This document shows positions 59,101-64,000 of a stretch of 64,000 nt of DNA, in pieces (positions within the stretch are counted from its first letter, which is position 1; the number at the start of each line of letters is the position of its first letter). Where the stretch lies: assembly GCA_026710545.1 (NCBI GenBank), contig JAPOQU010000055.1, positions 41,312 through 105,311 of the forward strand, written 5' to 3'. Under the pieces are notes generated by a model. That model ran no database searches and was not told the DNA's origin. It was given only the letters and a program-made list of their open reading frames with translations. The DNA is from Gammaproteobacteria bacterium (GTDB lineage: Bacteria; Pseudomonadota; Gammaproteobacteria; Eutrophobiales; Eutrophobiaceae). Both the position numbers and the translations under genes were made by a program.

Positions 59101-59111
59101 AATTAACTGAT

Positions 59112-62100
59112 ATGTGTGCAAGTCCTCTGCAGCCTGAGATCCCCGCGTCAAGGGAACAGCGGGTGGTGTGGGAGCGGCTGCATGGTTGCAGCAAGGCATT
59201 GGCGATCACGTCTGCAGCAAAGCGGCATGCTGCGATGTTTGTGGTTGTCACTGCCGACCAGTCCGGCGCCCATCGTCTCATGGAAGAACTGGCCTTTTTC
59301 AACCCCGCCGGCAGCGGGCAGAGGGTGTTGCTGTTCCCGGATTGGGAGACCCTGCCTTATGACCAGTTTTCCCCGTACCAGGACATTGTGTCCGACAGGC
59401 TGGCGGCACTGGTGGAATTGCGCAGCATGCACAGCGGGATCCTGGTGGTTCCGGTTTCCACCCTGATGCATCGATTGCTGCCGGCGGATTATCTCCTGGC
59501 GAACAGCCTGGTGTTACGTACGGGGCAGACCCTGGAAACAGAAAATTTCAGGAAGGACCTGGGCAACAGGGGTTACCGCAGCGTGTCCCAGGTCATGGAG
59601 CACGGGGACATGGCCGTAAGGGGGTCAATTCTTGATATTTACCCCATGGGTTCCGATGTTCCGTTCCGGCTGGATCTGTTCGATAACGACATCGACAGTA
59701 TCCGCGTGTTCGACATTGAAACCCAGAGATCCCTGGAAAAAACGGATGAAATCAGGATATTACCTGCCAGGGAAGTCCCTCTGACCGCCCCGGCCATAGA
59801 CCTGTTCCGGAGTAACTGGCGTCTCCGGTTTGCGGGAAACCCCGGCCGCTCCCCGGTTTATGCCGATGTCAGCAACGGCATTGCGCCGGCAGGAATTGAA
59901 TACTACCTGCCGTTGTTTTACTCGCATACCGGCAGCCTGGTCGATTATTTCCCGGAAAACCCGGTCATCATGCTGGATGAGGGGGTATATGACGCGGCGC
60001 GGGAATTCCAGGATCTGGCGGAAAACCGTTATGAACAGAGAGAACATAACGAAGAACGCCCCTTGTTGACACCGCAGGAAATGTTTTTCCCGGCCGATGA
60101 AGCGCTTGGAATGCTGGCTGAGTACCCGCAGGTCCATGCCGGCAGCAGCGGCATCGGCAGCGCGGCGGATAAGACAATCAACTACAGTACCGGCTTCCCG
60201 CGCAAGTTCCCCATCAATGCGCGGGCACAGGATCCCATGGCTGTTTTCCGCCACTTCCTGGAGGAGTTCAGTGGGCGTGCGTTGATCGTGGCTGAGTCGG
60301 TCGGCCGCCGGGAAACCGTCATGGAGTTGTTCCGCGAGGAAAAAACCAGGCCGGCCCTGTGCAGGGACTGGGATGAGTTCATGGCGGACGAGGTTGGGTT
60401 CGGTCTGACTGTTGCCCCCCTGGAACGGGGGGCGGTGCTGGAACGCCCCAGTGTCGTCATACTGAGTGAATCCCAGTTGTTCGGTGAGCGGGCGCAGCAG
60501 CGCCGCTTACGCAAGAGACGCCGGCAACTTACCGACTCGATTGTCGGCAGTTTGACGGAATTGTCCGTCGGCGCGCCGGTCGTTCACGAAGAACACGGCG
60601 TAGGCCGCTACCGCGGCCTCGTGACCCTTACGGTGAACGGCATCGAAGCGGAATTTATCAGCCTGGAGTATGACCAGGGTGACAAGTTATACGTACCGGT
60701 GGCTGCGCTGGACCTTGTGAGCCGCTTCGTCGGCATGGATGCGGAACATGCGCCGCTGCACCGCCTTGGCAGCGGCCAGTGGCTGAAGGCGAAGCGCAAG
60801 GCCCTGAAAAAAGTCTATGACGTGGCTGCGGAACTGCTGGAACTGCATGCCCGCAGGGCCGCTGTTGACGGCCATGCGTTTACCGTTGACAACAATGCCT
60901 ACCAGGCATTTGCCCAGGATTTCCCTTTTGAAGAGACTCCGGGCCAGGCGGATGCGATACAAGGGGTGCTGGAGGACATGCGGGCTGCCGCCCCGATGGA
61001 CCGGCTTGTATGCGGCGATTCGGGCTTCGGCAAGACGGAAGTCGCCATGCGGGCTGCCTTTGTCGCGGTGGAAAACAACAAGCAGGTTGCCCTGCTTGCC
61101 CCCACCACCTTGCTGGCGCAGCAGCATTACCAGAACTTCAGGGACCGGTTTGCGGACTGGCCCGTGCGTATAGAAATGTTATCCAGGTTTGTTTCCAGGA
61201 AGGAACAGTCTGCGATTGAGGAAGCCCTGTGCGCCGGCCAGGTGGATATTGTCATCGGCACGCACAAACTGTTACAGAGTGGTCTTGCCTACAAAAACCT
61301 CGGGCTGGTGATCATCGATGAGGAACATCGCTTCGGGGTGCGCCAGAAGGAAAAACTGAAGTCGGCACGCGCACACGTGGATGTGTTGACGCTGACCGCG
61401 ACCCCGATCCCGCGTACGCTTAACCTGGCATTGTCGGATTTGCGTTCCCTGTCCATCATCGCCACGCCGCCATCCAAACGCCTGCCGATCAAGGTTTTTA
61501 TCCAGGAATGGAACAGTGAGTGGGTTACCGAGGCGCTGCTGCGGGAAATCAAGCGCGGGGGGCAGGTCTATTTCGTACATAACGCAATAGAATCCATCGA
61601 TAAGACAGCCGCCGAAGTCAGGCGCCTGGTGCCGGAAGCAAGGATCAGGATAGCGCACGGACAGATGCCGGAAAAGGAGCTCGAGCAGGTCATGCTGGAC
61701 TTTTACCACCTCAGGTTCAACGTCCTGGTCTGTACGACGATTATTGAGACCGGCATCGACGTTCCCAGCGCCAATACCATTATCATCAACAGGGCGGACA
61801 AGTTCGGCCTGGCGCAACTGTACCAGTTACGCGGCAGGGTGGGACGTTCGCATCACCAGGCCTATGCGTACCTGATCACACCGGAAAGACAGGCGATCAG
61901 CGCCAGCGCAGCCAAGCGGTTCGAAGCGGTGGAAGCGCTGGAAGAACTGGGTATGGGCTTTACCCTGGCAACACATGATATGGAAATACGCGGGGTGGGA
62001 GAAATCCTGGGTGACGAGCAAAGCGGCCAGGTTCAGGAAATCGGCTTCGGCTTGTATATGAGCCTGCTGGAACGGGCGGTAGCTTCGCTGCAGGCCGGGC

Positions 62101-62606
62101 GGCAGCCGGAACTGGACCGCCCCCTGGACCACGGCACCGAAGTTGACCTGCACATCCCCGCATTGATACCGGCTGACTACCTGCCCGACGTGCATGCCAG
62201 GCTGGTAATGTACAAGCGCATAGCCGGGGCCGAACAGGATGCCGCGTTGTGGGACTTGAAGGAGGAATGTATAGACCGGTTCGGCCTGTTGCCGGAAGCC
62301 CTGCAGAACCTGTTCCGTCTGGCCGGGCTCAAACAGAGGACACAGGCCCTGGGGATACGCAAGATTGACCTGGGCGGGAAGGGCGGCAGGATATACTTTC
62401 AGGAAAACGCCGATATCGACACGGGAAAACTGATAAACCTGCTCCAGGCAAACCCCCGTTCATATAAACTCGAAGGAGGAGACAAATTGAGGGTCAGCCA
62501 GGAGCTTGCCGACGCCCAGGCCCGTTTCCGGTTTCTCGACGAGTTCCTGGACAGCCTGGATTCAGCGCCCGCTATTAATCGCGTCCGGGCAAAACAAGAT
62601 TCATGA
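59112..62606 (+). CDS. mfd: transcription-repair coupling factor
   Basis: 1164 aa; UvrB-homology N-terminus, RNAP-interaction domain, SF2 translocase motifs (GDSGFGKTEVAMRAA, DEEHRFG) and TRG motif region. Confidence 0.9.
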   Translation: MCASPLQPEIPASREQRVVWERLHGCSKALAITSAAKRHAAMFVVVTADQSGAHRLMEELAFFNPAGSGQRVLLFPDWETLPYDQFSPYQDIVSDRLAALVELRSMHSGILVVPVSTLMHRLLPADYLLANSLVLRTGQTLETENFRKDLGNRGYRSVSQVMEHGDMAVRGSILDIYPMGSDVPFRLDLFDNDIDSIRVFDIETQRSLEKTDEIRILPAREVPLTAPAIDLFRSNWRLRFAGNPGRSPVYADVSNGIAPAGIEYYLPLFYSHTGSLVDYFPENPVIMLDEGVYDAAREFQDLAENRYEQREHNEERPLLTPQEMFFPADEALGMLAEYPQVHAGSSGIGSAADKTINYSTGFPRKFPINARAQDPMAVFRHFLEEFSGRALIVAESVGRRETVMELFREEKTRPALCRDWDEFMADEVGFGLTVAPLERGAVLERPSVVILSESQLFGERAQQRRLRKRRRQLTDSIVGSLTELSVGAPVVHEEHGVGRYRGLVTLTVNGIEAEFISLEYDQGDKLYVPVAALDLVSRFVGMDAEHAPLHRLGSGQWLKAKRKALKKVYDVAAELLELHARRAAVDGHAFTVDNNAYQAFAQDFPFEETPGQADAIQGVLEDMRAAAPMDRLVCGDSGFGKTEVAMRAAFVAVENNKQVALLAPTTLLAQQHYQNFRDRFADWPVRIEMLSRFVSRKEQSAIEEALCAGQVDIVIGTHKLLQSGLAYKNLGLVIIDEEHRFGVRQKEKLKSARAHVDVLTLTATPIPRTLNLALSDLRSLSIIATPPSKRLPIKVFIQEWNSEWVTEALLREIKRGGQVYFVHNAIESIDKTAAEVRRLVPEARIRIAHGQMPEKELEQVMLDFYHLRFNVLVCTTIIETGIDVPSANTIIINRADKFGLAQLYQLRGRVGRSHHQAYAYLITPERQAISASAAKRFEAVEALEELGMGFTLATHDMEIRGVGEILGDEQSGQVQEIGFGLYMSLLERAVASLQAGRQPELDRPLDHGTEVDLHIPALIPADYLPDVHARLVMYKRIAGAEQDAALWDLKEECIDRFGLLPEALQNLFRLAGLKQRTQALGIRKIDLGGKGGRIYFQENADIDTGKLINLLQANPRSYKLEGGDKLRVSQELADAQARFRFLDEFLDSLDSAPAINRVRAKQDS

Positions 62607-63864
62607 TAATGGCGGTCAGGATTGCGGGAACCAGGCCTGTTTCCATTGTGATACGCAACTGCCCTGGCAGGCGTTCAAGAAACCCGGTCTGTTCGGGCAG
62701 CCCGATGCCGATGGCAAGGGCCAGGCCGATGATCAGCATGTTCCGTTGATTGAAACTGGCCAGTCCGATCATCTTCAGGCCGGCTGCAACCACGGAACCG
62801 AATAACAGGATCGATACGCCACCCAGGACCGCGGCCGGTATGGCTCCGATAATTGCCGCCAGTTTCGGGAACAGTCCGGTAATGATCAGGAAGACGCCGG
62901 CCAGGGATACCACGTGACGGCTCACTACTCCGGTCAAGGCTATCAGCCCGACGTTCTGGCTGTACGTGACCAGCGGCATGCAACCGAATGCCGATGCCAG
63001 GGTGGTAGCGCAACCGTCAGCCATTACCCCGCCGGACATTTCCTTGTCCGTGGGCTCCCTGTCGACGCCCGCAATAGTCGTACCGGAAATGTCACCGATG
63101 GTTTCGGTAATCGCCACCAGTGAAATCAGCACAAAACTGAATACCGCGGAAAACTCGAAACTCAGACCGAACGGCACCACGGCGGGGGTGGCCGCCCACC
63201 TGGCCTGCTCCAATACGGTGAGGTCGACAAACCCCATGAACCAGGCGATCAGGTAGCCGGCGATCATGGCAATGATGATCGATACCAGGGAGAGGAAGCC
63301 CTTGCCGAATTGATGCAGCACAATGGCTGTGACAAGCACTGTCATGGCAAGCAGCGAGTGCCGTGTGGCGCCGAAATCGGCCGCATCGGCGCCGCCGAAT
63401 GCCAGGCTGAACGCCAGCGGCAGGAGATTGAGGCCGATCAGCAGGATACACAGGCCGGTAATGAGCGGGGGAAACAGGAACCGCAGGTACTTGATGATGT
63501 ACCCGGCAAAGATCAGGAACAGGCCGGCCGCCAGCGCGCCGCCAAATACCGCGCTCAGCCCGAGTTGTCCGCCAATGGTGACGGCAATGCCGATAAAGGC
63601 GAAATTGGTGCCCAGCACTAACGGCAACCTTGCTCCCACCGGTCCGATCCCGACTGATTGCAACAGGGTTCCCAGGCCCGACATGAACAATGTTGCCTGG
63701 ATGATCAGGGTCTTGTCTGCCGGGATCAAACCCAGCGCTTCAGCCACAATGAGCGGCGCGGCCACGGTACCGGCAAAAATAGCCAGCATGTGCTGGAGTC
63801 CCAGGGGCAACGCCTGCAGCAGCGGCAGTTTGCCGTGGATGGCTTGTTCCCGGGCGTCAGACAT
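62575..63864 (-). CDS. nucleobase:cation symporter-2 (NCS2) family permease (uracil/xanthine-type)
   Basis: Start at MSDAREQ... (ATG 63864); the longest ORF runs to 63924. ~13 TM segments and NCS2-like features. Convergently overlaps the mfd 3' end by 32 bp. Confidence 0.8.
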   Translation of the reverse strand: MSDAREQAIHGKLPLLQALPLGLQHMLAIFAGTVAAPLIVAEALGLIPADKTLIIQATLFMSGLGTLLQSVGIGPVGARLPLVLGTNFAFIGIAVTIGGQLGLSAVFGGALAAGLFLIFAGYIIKYLRFLFPPLITGLCILLIGLNLLPLAFSLAFGGADAADFGATRHSLLAMTVLVTAIVLHQFGKGFLSLVSIIIAMIAGYLIAWFMGFVDLTVLEQARWAATPAVVPFGLSFEFSAVFSFVLISLVAITETIGDISGTTIAGVDREPTDKEMSGGVMADGCATTLASAFGCMPLVTYSQNVGLIALTGVVSRHVVSLAGVFLIITGLFPKLAAIIGAIPAAVLGGVSILLFGSVVAAGLKMIGLASFNQRNMLIIGLALAIGIGLPEQTGFLERLPGQLRITMETGLVPAILTAIIMNLVLPGRD

Positions 63865-64000
63865 GGCTATGTCAATGCAGACCGGGGTCCGTCCACCCCT
63901 TGACCAGGCCGCGCAATCCAGCACGGTCGATCAGGCGGCCTGATGCCTGTACCGCGTCGGCAACGATCCTGTCCTGGTCCACCCTGGTGGAACGGCCGTT

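Noticed and set aside
1-64000. CRISPR arrays, rRNA genes, IS transposases, prophage structural genes
   Set aside because: Scanned for short regularly spaced direct repeats, rRNA-like conserved stretches and transposase/capsid-like ORFs; none found.

Overview
GC-rich (roughly 60% by eye) proteobacterial chromosome segment, probably gammaproteobacterial: the gene order gyrA-serC-pheA-hisC-tyrA-aroA-cmk-rpsA-ihfB ... mfd is the arrangement I recall from Pseudomonas. Core blocks are purine catabolism (xdhB-xdhC-puuD), trpS-scpA-scpB-rluB-tpiA-secG-tRNA-Leu, msrPQ, purL/purB, pyrC-rnt, and the aromatic amino-acid/rpsA block. Three AT-richer accessory insertions interrupt the core. (1) A 1.4-kb Fic-toxin islet is flanked by 37-bp imperfect direct repeats that duplicate the 3' end of an IMPDH-family gene. 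(2) A ~10-kb defence island (about 7.8-18.0 kb) starts with an RtcR-like (CARF + sigma54 AAA+ + HTH) enhancer-binding protein. A near-consensus sigma54 -24/-12 promoter follows it and sits ahead of a tightly packed six-gene operon: SNase-like nuclease, Type I hsdR-hsdM-hsdS, an ABC/AAA_21-type ATPase and a 311-aa protein of unknown function. The regulator-plus-operon arrangement and the terminal two-gene ATPase module are the most likely undescribed system in this window. (3) Tandem islets at the 3' end of tRNA-Leu(GAG) are each delimited by copies of the tRNA 3'-end att repeat. They carry AbiEi/AbiEii, a DUF1778/GNAT (TacAT-like) toxin-antitoxin pair, and a DUF4160/DUF2442 pair; no integrase is present. 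Unexplained non-coding signals: a four-copy ~35-bp element built of three ATCTGCG heptads immediately upstream of puuD, trpS and mfd (two inverted copies flank a 160-bp AT-rich spacer before mfd); a two-copy REP-like hairpin TTCCTGC-N-GCAGGAATGACGA; and a perfect 24-bp inverted repeat (81-bp element) in the pyrC promoter region. No CRISPR array, rRNA, transposase or integrase was found.
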